This document shows positions 20,532-29,733 of a stretch of DNA of 64,000 nucleotides, piece after piece. The first letter of the stretch is position 1; the number at the start of each line of letters is the position of its first letter. Made by a program: the position numbers and the translations under genes. The notes under the pieces are model-generated. The model did not search any database and had not been told where the DNA came from. It was given only the letters and a program-made list of their open reading frames with translations. This DNA comes from Coleofasciculus sp. B1-GNL1-01. GTDB taxonomy: Bacteria; Cyanobacteriota; Cyanobacteriia; Cyanobacteriales; Coleofasciculaceae. Location: the NCBI GenBank assembly GCA_040220235.1, contig JAVJTO010000017.1; one strand, given 5' to 3'.

Positions 20532-21593
20532 CTAGAAGAACCAGCCGTAGGAATGCAATCCTTTACCCAATAGATTCACCCCAAGATAACAAATCCAGAC
20601 TACAACAAATCCTGTTGCCGCTAAAATTGCTGGTCGGCGTCCTTGCCACCCTCGGGTAATGCGAGCATGAAGGTACGCGGCAAAGACTAGCCAGGTAATT
20701 AATGCCCAGGTTTCTTTTGGGTCCCAACTCCAATAGGAACCCCATGCCTCATTTGCCCAAACTGCACCAGCAATAATGCCAATTGTCAGCAATGGAAATC
20801 CTAGCCCGATAATCCGATAGCTAATATTATCTAACGTATCTGCTAAGTTGAGGCGTTGGGGAGAAAGGGTGGGAAGGCTAGCCAATTCAGGTGTGGAGGT
20901 AACAGCATCTAGAACGGCTGTACTTGTCGAACCTGAGGTGTCTTGCCAACTCATTGCCATTGCTCCATTATCGCCACCCTGGGGCTGGAGGTTATCCTGA
21001 TTCCGTTTAAGCTGATAGGAAGCCGTCCCTGTGGAGTCTTGTTTACGGCGAAAGCCACCTGTACCCACGGAACTCCCTCGCAGTTCAACATTTTGACCCC
21101 GAGTCACCACTAAAAAGGCGATCGCTAACAGTGATCCCACCATTAATGTGGCGTAACTGAGCATCATCACGCTGACGTGCATCATCAACCAGTTGGATTT
21201 CAGCGCCGGAACTAACGGTTCCGCCTGTTGCATATCAGATGGTAGTGACAGGGCGGCAAAGGCGGTAATCCCCATGGCAACTGGAGATGTAACCACGCCC
21301 ACCCAACGACTCGCGCTCATTTTCTCGGCTACCAGATGCATCGCGGTGATGCCCCAGGCTAAGAAAAATAGGGATTCATAGAGATTACTTAATGGGAAAT
21401 ATCCAGCACTTAGCCAACGGGCACCGAGTAAGGCTGCAATACACAGGTTGGCGATGATCATACCCGTTCCGCCTAAGGTGGGCAGATAGGGGATGTTCTT
21501 GAAGGCTGCACCAACCCAATACAGGAGCATGGTGACTAGGAGAACTGCAAATGAAATATTATCTAAGCTGTTTTGGAGTGAAACTAAATCCAT
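20532..21593 (-). CDS. ccsA: Cytochrome c biogenesis protein CcsA (system II)
   Basis: WWD motif [22 protein letters not shown]; conserved His in WLMMHV and GLHSYG. Confidence 0.95.
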   Translation of the reverse strand: MDLVSLQNSLDNISFAVLLVTMLLYWVGAAFKNIPYLPTLGGTGMIIANLCIAALLGARWLSAGYFPLSNLYESLFFLAWGITAMHLVAEKMSASRWVGVVTSPVAMGITAFAALSLPSDMQQAEPLVPALKSNWLMMHVSVMMLSYATLMVGSLLAIAFLVVTRGQNVELRGSSVGTGGFRRKQDSTGTASYQLKRNQDNLQPQGGDNGAMAMSWQDTSGSTSTAVLDAVTSTPELASLPTLSPQRLNLADTLDNISYRIIGLGFPLLTIGIIAGAVWANEAWGSYWSWDPKETWALITWLVFAAYLHARITRGWQGRRPAILAATGFVVVWICYLGVNLLGKGLHSYGWFF

Positions 21594-21756
21594 AAATGCG
21601 CTTCTCGACTTGATCGTTTCGACATGAATTGCCGCGTTTCTATTATCCTATCGGGATTGATGCCCTCGACGAGAGGCGAAAAAGATAATGATAACGATTT
21701 TTTGGATTATTAGTCATTTGTCATTTGTCAGGGAATGGGGAATGGGGAATGGGGAA

Positions 21757-21870
21757 TAGGCTGTCATGCATTTAAATTGGGAATGGGTAGCGAGCAAGAT
21801 GCTCGCACTACCTCGCACTACAAGGATGAGAGCCATTATTGACATTAAGGTTTAAATGCCGAACAGCTTA
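21757..21870 (-). mobile_element. MITE family A copy 1 (TA-flanked, ~20-bp imperfect TIRs)
   Basis: TIRs TA(A/G)GCTGT..GCATTTAAA / TTTAAATGC..ACAGCTTA; inserted in a GGGAATA heptamer array. Confidence 0.85.
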
Positions 21871-21935
21871 GGCAATAGGGAACAGGTAAGGTAGAGTTTT
21901 GAGTTAACTTCCTCATCTCCCCCATCTCCCCCGAA

Positions 21936-23672
21936 TCAAGGGGAGGGTATCGGAGAAGAAGGAACCGGAACTGGATTGGACGGTAGTATCGTTTTTAGCT
22001 TGACAAATAAGTCAAAGCGTGTATTTCGCTGATCTTCGACGGCTGTCGTCAAACCGATCGCGCGGATTGCCTGCATCATCTCATCAAGTTGAGAGGGAAG
22101 TTGAGGCAAATTTAAATTATCTCGATTTAAGAGACGCTCAACCTCAATGAAAACTTGACCATTGTGGGGACTGGGTTTGGTGGGTACGATTTGCTGAAAC
22201 AGTGGTGTTTGAGTCAAGGGGGCTTGGGGTTGAGGAACAATGGCATCAGCAATGGGTGCGCCGAAGGTGAGAAATGCGATATTTCCTTCTAACCAGCCGT
22301 GGGTAGCGGTAATGCCTCCTAGGGGAGATGTCCACCGTACCACTGGTTGATTATTAAGTTGGGTGTTTTCCACCGTCAACTGATAGCGAGTTTCCATCAC
22401 TTGATCAAGCTGCTGGAATGCTTTTTCTGTAGCCGCGCGATCGCTCGATAGAATCATTACGGTGATACCTGCGCCTAGCATGGGTGGCGGCTGGTTTTCT
22501 GGGGGGGTGAGCAAATCCTCAGTCGCGGGAATCAGGGCGATTACCCATTCCCCTGCCATCCAGGGTAATAAATCCTCTGGTACATCTACGCCCAGAGTTG
22601 TCTGTATTCCGGCACTCAGATTCGTGGGAGGAATGGGGATCAGGGGATTAGAGGGGGCGTTTTGGGCGTAACTCTTCCACAATTGGGCGAAATTACTACC
22701 ACTCAGCATTAATCGGGTATTGGCAGGGAGGCGTCTGGGTAAACGACTACTGGTATTTTCGATGGGATAGGCGTTTTGGCTATTCGGTTTCAGCCAAGAC
22801 ATGCCGCGAAACCGTATCCCATCTGACTCCAAGGAAATACTCGTCACCAGCCCTTGCTGGGGTTGCCTTTGAGCCAACTGTTCCGGCGGGAGCGATCGCG
22901 CGGAGTTGGCGGCGGCGGTGGCGGTAAATGTGGGTAGGTTTAAGTACACTTGAGCAAACGCCTGGGTGGTGTCAATTGTTGCTAAAGCCTCGATATATCC
23001 CGGCGTAGATGCCACAGATTTCACCCCTTTATAGGTGTCAATCACTTGTTCCATGGTTTGGGGATTTGACGTAACCACGACAAACCGTTCCAAAACAGTA
23101 ACCGAATAGTTTTGGCTATTAGGCTTTTGGGTTTCGCGAATCTCAACCCCGCGATAGGTTCTCTCGCCAAACTGAGTCACTTTCTGAGACGTGGTTTTAG
23201 CCACAATTTCTTTAGCTTGGGCGGGGTTATTAATGGGTAAGATGATTAAGTCGGGGAGTTTGATAAACGGTAGCGTGACAGGGGACATTTGCTCTGATTC
23301 CGTTTCTGGTGCAGATGTACTATCCCCCTGATAGGCAATCATCACCGTTTCATCCAACCACGGCTGGATATCATCCTCGTAGTCGTAGCCATTTTCCGTT
23401 AGCAGGCTTTCCTCGAGTTGGGCAAGTTGTCTGACGAACGCCGCTAGAGTGTTGGGTGTACCATATCGCTCCAATTGCCGCCATTTACCGCTATCTGTAG
23501 ACACTAAGGCTGTGATCAGGGTATCTTGAGGAACGAGTTTTGCCCCCACTGGTGCTTTTGCCAGCCAGAGATTGTGTTGTACGAACAGAGAATAGGCGAT
23601 GACACTCCCACTCATCAGGATAACAATTAGGGCTAATGTTACCCGTAGAACCAGTTTATTTTTTCTCAGCAT
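21936..23672 (-). CDS. DUF3352-domain membrane-anchored/exported protein
   Basis: N-terminal TM; GAKLVPQD, DYEDDIQPWL and EDLLPWMAGEW motifs typical of cyanobacterial DUF3352. Confidence 0.75.
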   Translation of the reverse strand: MLRKNKLVLRVTLALIVILMSGSVIAYSLFVQHNLWLAKAPVGAKLVPQDTLITALVSTDSGKWRQLERYGTPNTLAAFVRQLAQLEESLLTENGYDYEDDIQPWLDETVMIAYQGDSTSAPETESEQMSPVTLPFIKLPDLIILPINNPAQAKEIVAKTTSQKVTQFGERTYRGVEIRETQKPNSQNYSVTVLERFVVVTSNPQTMEQVIDTYKGVKSVASTPGYIEALATIDTTQAFAQVYLNLPTFTATAAANSARSLPPEQLAQRQPQQGLVTSISLESDGIRFRGMSWLKPNSQNAYPIENTSSRLPRRLPANTRLMLSGSNFAQLWKSYAQNAPSNPLIPIPPTNLSAGIQTTLGVDVPEDLLPWMAGEWVIALIPATEDLLTPPENQPPPMLGAGITVMILSSDRAATEKAFQQLDQVMETRYQLTVENTQLNNQPVVRWTSPLGGITATHGWLEGNIAFLTFGAPIADAIVPQPQAPLTQTPLFQQIVPTKPSPHNGQVFIEVERLLNRDNLNLPQLPSQLDEMMQAIRAIGLTTAVEDQRNTRFDLFVKLKTILPSNPVPVPSSPIPSP

Positions 23673-23914
23673 GAATATTCGTTATTTGTCATTCGTCAAG
23701 AGTTGAGGAGTAGTAGCACAACTATAAAGGCTGGGATTTTATGCAGCAAGCCCTTAATAAATTAATCGTATTAGTTGTGAGCAAGATGCAAAGCCTGCGG
23801 CATGGCTTCGCTTAACGCACTACAATAATTTTGCTGGGATTGACAATAACCTTTAAATGACGAACAACTTAACTTTGGGAAAATACCAATAATTCGACTA
23901 AACTCATTCTGTCT

Positions 23915-24091
23915 TAAGTAGGTAGGGACAATTAAAGTTAACGGTGGGGAACTCGCTTTCGCGAGAAGCAAGCTACGTCATTCGTCATACTCGCTTTCGC
24001 GAGAAGCAAGCTACGTCATTCGTTTATGTAAGGGTTTGATGCTTGTTAACATAACTTCATAAGGTTGAGTTTATTTTCACCAACCTACTTA
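23915..24091. mobile_element. MITE-like element, family B copy 2
   Basis: TAAGTAGGT...ACCTACTTA ends; internal duplicated ACTCGCTTTCGCGAGAAGCAAGCTACGTCATTCGT (period 38). Confidence 0.75.
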
Positions 24092-24127
24092 GAAAATTCA
24101 GGCTTTTCCGACTATTTTATTTCACCC

Positions 24128-24215
24128 AATCCCCTATCCCCCATGTTTCCCCAGCTCCCCCAGCTCCCCCATCTCCCCCAGCTCCCCCAGCTCCCCCATC
24201 TCCCCCATCTCCCCT
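24128..24215. repeat. CTCCCCCA(G/T) nonamer tandem repeats
   Basis: Visible array downstream of moeZ. Confidence 0.8.
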
Positions 24216-24244
24216 TACCTTTCAGCTTAAGTTGACACTAATGT

Positions 24245-25417
24245 TTAATACTCCGGTACTGATGGGTCAATTTCCCGACTCCAAGCGGTAATGCCTCCTT
24301 TGACATTGATTCCTTCGATTCCGGATTCTTTGAGAATACCCAAGGCTTTAGCCGAACGTCCTCCCATCTTACAATGGGCAATTAAGCGGTGACCATTCAG
24401 GAGTTGCTTAACTTTTTCGACACCTGAACCCTGTTCAATATCCGGTAATGGGACTAAAACAGCACCGGGAATGTTAGCAATCTCGTATTCATTGGGATTG
24501 CGGACATCAACGAGGACAAAATCCTTGGTTCCACTATCCAACAATTGCTTGAGTTCTTGAACGGTCATTTCTTGAATTGCCATTAACCGTTGCGCCTCCT
24601 GTTCTTTTGCTTGGGGAATGCCACAGAATTGTTCGTAGTCTACTAATTTTTCGATAACTGGGCGTACTGGATTGGGTCGCAGTTTCAGTTCCCGGAATTT
24701 CATATCCAGGGCATTGTACAGTAACAACCGTCCGCTGAGGGTTGTTCCCTTACCCAGGATAATTTTAACGGCTTCCGTGGCTTGGATGAGTCCAATAATT
24801 CCGGGCAAAATGCCTAAAACGCCACCTTCAGCACAGGAAGGAACCATTCCAGGAGGTGGGGGTTCGGGGAACAAGTCGCGGTAATTGGGTCCATCTTCGT
24901 AGTTAAAGACGCTGGCTTGTCCTTCAAACCGCAAGATGGAACCGTAGACATTAGGTTTACCCAGGATTACACAGGCGTCATTGACGAGGTAACGGGTGGG
25001 AAAGTTATCGGTTCCATCGACAACAACATCATAAGGTTTCACGATATCCAGCGCATTCTCGGATGTCAGACGGGTTTCGTAGAGATCAACTTGACAATAG
25101 GGGTTAATCTCTAGAATCCGGGTTTTTGCCGATTGAATTTTCGGTTTCCCTACCCAGGATGTCCCGTGAATTACCTGACGTTGTAAGTTGGAACTATCAA
25201 CGATATCAAAATCTACGATTCCGATACGTCCGATACCTGCGGCGGCTAAGTACAGTAAGAGGGGTGAACCGAGTCCTCCGGTACCGATACAGAGAACACT
25301 CGCCGCTTTGAGGCGTTTTTGTCCCTCTAGTCCAACTTCCGGCAAGATTAGGTGTCGAGAATATCGTTCGTATTCTTCTTTGGTTAGCTGGATTTCTTCC
25401 AGATTGGGATTTAACAT
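24245..25417 (-). CDS. moeB: MoeB/MoeZ E1-like adenylyltransferase with C-terminal rhodanese
   Basis: RYSRH, GTGGLG, SNLQRQ, DGTDNF and PSCAEGG motifs; rhodanese CKMGGRS. Confidence 0.93.
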   Translation of the reverse strand: MLNPNLEEIQLTKEEYERYSRHLILPEVGLEGQKRLKAASVLCIGTGGLGSPLLLYLAAAGIGRIGIVDFDIVDSSNLQRQVIHGTSWVGKPKIQSAKTRILEINPYCQVDLYETRLTSENALDIVKPYDVVVDGTDNFPTRYLVNDACVILGKPNVYGSILRFEGQASVFNYEDGPNYRDLFPEPPPPGMVPSCAEGGVLGILPGIIGLIQATEAVKIILGKGTTLSGRLLLYNALDMKFRELKLRPNPVRPVIEKLVDYEQFCGIPQAKEQEAQRLMAIQEMTVQELKQLLDSGTKDFVLVDVRNPNEYEIANIPGAVLVPLPDIEQGSGVEKVKQLLNGHRLIAHCKMGGRSAKALGILKESGIEGINVKGGITAWSREIDPSVPEY

Positions 25418-25587
25418 GGCAATTTGGTATGATTAGCGATTCGCGATTGGGGAAGTTTTGACCCTTCACTGTATTCGAGGGCATGGCGCGTGACCCTTAG
25501 CTTCGTTCAAGGGCATGGCATGGTGCGTGAGTTAACCTCCCCAGCTTACTCAGCTTCCCCAGCTCCCAGACGCGCCATGGCACGTCT

Positions 25588-26121
25588 CTACATTGCTCCC
25601 TCAGCTCCCCCTTTCCCCGGTTCCTTTACCGTGATAATTTCTTCAGGCTGAAACTGGTGATGGGGATCAAGAGTCCAGCTTCTGAGGTCAGAAGCTATAC
25701 CCTGTTGAACGGAAATTATAATATACGAATAACGCTGCCATGCGATCGCCCGATCAAATTCTGAGGGAATGGCTGGATGGTCAGGATGAGAGTGATAGAT
25801 CCCAATGATATCTAATTCGCGATCGCGTGCCTGCTTCTGAACCTTCAACATCACCTCTGGGGCAATGCTAAACTGATTCCGTTTCGTCCCTGACTGACGC
25901 GCTGAACCGTTTACCCCTTGAAAGGCTTCAGCCGCCTGAGTATCCCAAGCGTTTTTTGTGGGGATGACTTCCACTAGGGTTTTTACGTCTCCCTTAATAT
26001 GACCGACTAATAATCCACAACATTCTTCTGGGTAGGTGTTTTCGGCGTGAGTTTGCATCGCCTGAATCTGAGCAGGGTTAAGGTTGACGATATGGGTTGG
26101 GGAATGATCTGAGTTTGACAT
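25588..26121 (-). CDS. JAB/MPN (M67-family) metallopeptidase
   Basis: YPEECCG and YHSHPDHPAIPSEFD JAMM motif. Confidence 0.92.
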   Translation of the reverse strand: MSNSDHSPTHIVNLNPAQIQAMQTHAENTYPEECCGLLVGHIKGDVKTLVEVIPTKNAWDTQAAEAFQGVNGSARQSGTKRNQFSIAPEVMLKVQKQARDRELDIIGIYHSHPDHPAIPSEFDRAIAWQRYSYIIISVQQGIASDLRSWTLDPHHQFQPEEIITVKEPGKGGAEGAM

Positions 26122-26447
26122 TAATCTCAGGGGAGAGGGAATGGGGAATGGGGAATAGGGAACAAGTATAATCTACTGGTTCTTAAAAAGGGGGAAGCCA
26201 AAGGATGCTTCGCTTTTTTTGGACGGGAGAGGGGAGCAAGAGAGTCCGGTTCCCCTTCTCCCCACGGTGGGAGAAGGGGTTAGGGGATGAGGGGATTCAC
26301 CTTAAGTTGACACCAATGACCCTAATCCATTGTGATGGAGGACGCTTAGAGCGTCGTGGCACAGATTCCCCACACCCCACACCCCTTAATCGGTGACTCG
26401 TCTCAACTATAATCAGGATTCAGGCGATCGCTATTTTCTCAACTCTG

Positions 26448-27515
26448 ATGACTCAATCTGATTATCCCCGCGCCAATACCCTGAAATCTGCGTTTAAAGC
26501 CTGTGATTTAGCGCCCCTGGAACCCGCAGAAATGGAGCGCTATTATGTCGATTTATCCCCGGTGCGGAAATCCTCTGCTGTTGATAGCGTTAGCACTATC
26601 CTAGACTTCCAAGAACCTGGAGACAATACCACGATTCTGTTCACTGGACATCGTGGCTGTGGCAAAAGTACGGAATTGAAACGGATTCAACAGCGCTGGC
26701 GGGATGATTATTATGTTATCTATCTGGAAGTTAATGAGGAAACCGATATTAATGATGTTCGCTACACGGATTTATATTTAATTGTGATTAAGCAAGTCGA
26801 ATTTGAACTCCGCAAACACGGCTTGTCTTTTGATGCTCAACTTTACATTGAATTTAGCGATCGCTTCTCTCAAGCTCGCACCTATCACGGGTTAGGAAAT
26901 GTTGCTCTACAGTTAAGGGAGTATGAGCAGGCAAAGCAATACTATCACCAGGCTCTGGATATTTTTATTAAATTTAGCGAGCACTACAATCAAGCCAAAA
27001 CCTATCACCAGTTAGGAAGGGTTGCCGAAGAGTTAGGGGAGTATGAGCAGGCAAAGCAATACTATCACCAGGTTCTAGATATTAAAATTGAATTTAGCGA
27101 TCGCTATTCTCAAGCTGGCACCTATCACCAGTTAGGAATGGTTGCCAAAGAGTTACGGGAGTATGAGCAGGCAAAGCAATACTATCACCAGGCTCTGGAT
27201 ATTTGTATTGAATTTGGTGATCGCTACGAACAAGCTGACACCTATCACGAGTTAGGAATGGTTGCCGAAGAGTTACGGGAGTATGAGCAGGCAAAGCAAT
27301 ACTATCACCAGGCTCTCGATATTTATATTGAATTTGGCGATCGCTATTCTCAAGCTCGCACTTATGGACAATTAGGATTACTAGCAGAAGCCCAGGAAAA
27401 CTACACCGAAGCGAGGGTGAATTTACAGACAGCCTTAGACATATTTATAGAGTATCAGGATGACTATTGGGCTGATGTGACGCGAGAAAACTTAGAACGA
27501 ATATCACAGAATTAA
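26448..27515 (+). CDS. Truncated P-loop ATPase N-terminus fused in frame to TPR repeats (probable deletion product)
   Basis: Walker A GHRGCGKST with no Walker B; abrupt switch at FDAQ|LYIEFSDR into 40-aa TPR units. Confidence 0.75.
   Translation: MTQSDYPRANTLKSAFKACDLAPLEPAEMERYYVDLSPVRKSSAVDSVSTILDFQEPGDNTTILFTGHRGCGKSTELKRIQQRWRDDYYVIYLEVNEETDINDVRYTDLYLIVIKQVEFELRKHGLSFDAQLYIEFSDRFSQARTYHGLGNVALQLREYEQAKQYYHQALDIFIKFSEHYNQAKTYHQLGRVAEELGEYEQAKQYYHQVLDIKIEFSDRYSQAGTYHQLGMVAKELREYEQAKQYYHQALDICIEFGDRYEQADTYHELGMVAEELREYEQAKQYYHQALDIYIEFGDRYSQARTYGQLGLLAEAQENYTEARVNLQTALDIFIEYQDDYWADVTRENLERISQN
26841..27380 (+). repeat. 120-bp coding tandem repeat (4.5 TPR units)
   Basis: Units start at 26841, 26961, 27081, 27201, 27321; 36-bp core identical in four copies. 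Confidence 0.95.
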
Positions 27516-27698
27516 GGCTGGTGGGTTTCGACTTCGCTCAACCCACGATGGCGGACTGACACAGCTAAAATAGGACTTTGCTTGTAGTAAGCACTTTAGT
27601 GCTTTAACGCATAGCTAGAGAGGGCTAAAGTTCCCCTACTACGAACCCAATCTATCCCACAATTTGAGCTGTGCCGAGCCACTACGCTAAACTCAATC

Positions 27699-28886
27699 TT
27701 GAGCAACACGAATCATAACACCATTGTTGACGGCTCTTGCATCATGACCAAACCTTTCTCCCCAAACAACCCCGCCCATACCACTTTTCTGGAAGAGTTT
27801 ACCAGCCACACCGCTGATGCCTTACACCATCAAAACCAGGCAGTTAGTGAATCATTGAACCGCAGGCAGATTCCGTCAAGCCAAGTCCGTCCTCTAGAGG
27901 AAGCCTATCACGTTTCCTTAAAACTCGGTGATAACTTACCACTTAATCCCATCAAAAAACAAATCTTACAGCAACTTGATGCCGTTGTCTATTTTCTCCG
28001 AGATTTTCACATCGGGGTACTCGGTCAGCATACCAGTATTTTTCATCTTTATGACGTTGAGATTCAAGTCGAATCTAATCTACGCTATCAAGTCACCTTT
28101 GAATCAGGCAAACTGTTGATCCAAATTCCCTACTGGCAGATGGCAGTTTTGGATCGCTATCTACCTTACCAGACGTTAAAATACTACTGGCGTCGGGGCA
28201 AACATTTACCCCGATTTTCGCCCATTCGCAAAGTGTGGTGGTTAGTTGATCCGATTGGCGAATTACGCTCTAACCTTCGTTCCACGCTATTGGTGGCGAT
28301 TCAAAAGCAAATCTTAGGAATTGATCAACTGTTTGTTAAATTTAACTTACTGGATAACAGCCAACAAACCCACCGAGATGCTCAAGGGAATAATCCGGAT
28401 AAAACGGGACTCAAAAATAACGCGATCGCCTTCCTGAAGGGAACGGTAAAAGAAGAAAAATTGGGCGTGAATCTCGAACTCATCCTTAAAAATCAGGACG
28501 ATGGCACAATTGCCCAGTTATTGGCAGTCTATAAGAAAAACTTGGCAGATCTAGATCAACTGGAAGAATTGGTGGAAACAGGGGCATTTATATTACAAGA
28601 AAAACTAAATGAAGAAGAATCACAAGTCGATGTCAAGATGTTTGGCTTTGTCAATGTCGGGAATTATCATCGGATTGATGTAACAGTCAATGTCAGTAAA
28701 GGTTATCTAAAAAAATATGTAGATGTGATTCCGCGCAAGAGTAAGATTAAAGCGAGACAATTTGGCTTTGTCAATGTTTATACGATAGATGACATTACCG
28801 TAAAACCCAATTTTCATGGGGCGCTGACGCTCAACTTTGAAACAGCCGCGTTAGAAAAGGCATTAAAGGAGTTAGACTTAGTATAG
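27699..28886 (+). CDS. Hypothetical protein (likely start MTKPF) with duplicated C-terminal FGFVNV motif
   Basis: 395-codon ORF; no family recognised. Confidence 0.75.
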   Translation: MSNTNHNTIVDGSCIMTKPFSPNNPAHTTFLEEFTSHTADALHHQNQAVSESLNRRQIPSSQVRPLEEAYHVSLKLGDNLPLNPIKKQILQQLDAVVYFLRDFHIGVLGQHTSIFHLYDVEIQVESNLRYQVTFESGKLLIQIPYWQMAVLDRYLPYQTLKYYWRRGKHLPRFSPIRKVWWLVDPIGELRSNLRSTLLVAIQKQILGIDQLFVKFNLLDNSQQTHRDAQGNNPDKTGLKNNAIAFLKGTVKEEKLGVNLELILKNQDDGTIAQLLAVYKKNLADLDQLEELVETGAFILQEKLNEEESQVDVKMFGFVNVGNYHRIDVTVNVSKGYLKKYVDVIPRKSKIKARQFGFVNVYTIDDITVKPNFHGALTLNFETAALEKALKELDLV

Positions 28887-28992
28887 TAAGCTGCTCGGCA
28901 TATAAACTTTAATGTCAATAATGGCGCAATCCTTGTCGTATTGCAAGCATATTGCTAGCTACTAATACCCAATTTAAATGCATAACAGCTTA
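28887..28992 (+). mobile_element. MITE family A copy 2 (most diverged)
   Basis: TAAGCTGCTCGGCATATAAA...TTTAAATGCATAACAGCTTA directly after a stop codon. Confidence 0.85.
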
Positions 28993-29103
28993 GTGGATAA
29001 TGTAGGGGCGGGTTTCACTATTATCATCTATGACTTCATCCAAATGCGACTAAAACTGCCCCGATTAAGTGACAGAGTTTGTAAAATATAGAACAAAAAT
29101 AAA

Positions 29104-29505
29104 ATGGAACGTGGTTTACTTTGGTTACCCTTACTCGCTGTCTTTATTTGGTTAGCCTGGTCAGGTTGGAATGAATATCAAAAAGTTGAGGCGTATCGTG
29201 TATGGGCAGAACAATTTGAACGAGCAAAATATGATATTTATGCCGTACTGGGACAAAAGGAAAAAAATCTGACCTGGGGAAAACCGACTCGTTCGGGTCC
29301 GGTGGATTTAGAAACCTTTTCTCTAAATGATGTCCAAAGCATTAAACTGGTCGTTGATGGGCAAGATGTTGGCTTAGAGAATCCACCCAAAAAAGGACGC
29401 GCGATCGCACTAGAGTTTCTCCTCCCAGAATCCACAGTTCAGGTTCCGTTTACCGAAATTCCTCTGGCGGTGGAGTGGGGCAATTTTCTCCGTAATTATA
29501 AATGA
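29104..29505 (+). CDS. Conserved cyanobacterial membrane-anchored hypothetical protein
   Basis: MERGLLWLPLL TM, AKYDIYAVLG and PFTEIPLA motifs. Confidence 0.8.
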   Translation: MERGLLWLPLLAVFIWLAWSGWNEYQKVEAYRVWAEQFERAKYDIYAVLGQKEKNLTWGKPTRSGPVDLETFSLNDVQSIKLVVDGQDVGLENPPKKGRAIALEFLLPESTVQVPFTEIPLAVEWGNFLRNYK

Positions 29506-29562
29506 AATGGCTTTTATCGGGGCAAATTGAACCAAGTAGCGATTAAGACTAAGTAGGGTAAA

Positions 29563-29592
29563 GGTGCGTTACGCTTCGCTAACGCACCCTAC
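29563..29592. repeat. REP-like palindrome, family 3 (GGTGCGTTACGCT.CGCTAACGCACCCTAC)
   Basis: Copies also at ~43664-43693 (reverse) and ~47208-47236. Confidence 0.8.
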
Positions 29593-29733
29593 AAATAGGT
29601 TGCCCATTTCCTGTCTCGTGACGTAGTTTGATTGAAACTTCGCGAGGAAGACAAATGACCAATGACCAATGACAAAAAGGAACGTTAATCCCTAAAATTC
29701 GTCTTAAGGAATAATAGTTCTGGTATTTTTTCT

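Noticed and set aside
26917..27312. Four identical 36-bp repeats at regular spacing resembling a CRISPR array
   Set aside because: The 84-bp intervening segments are homologous to each other and in frame in a TPR ORF; no cas genes
26841..27380. Diversity-generating retroelement TR/VR pair
   Set aside because: No reverse transcriptase in the window; substitutions are not adenine-specific
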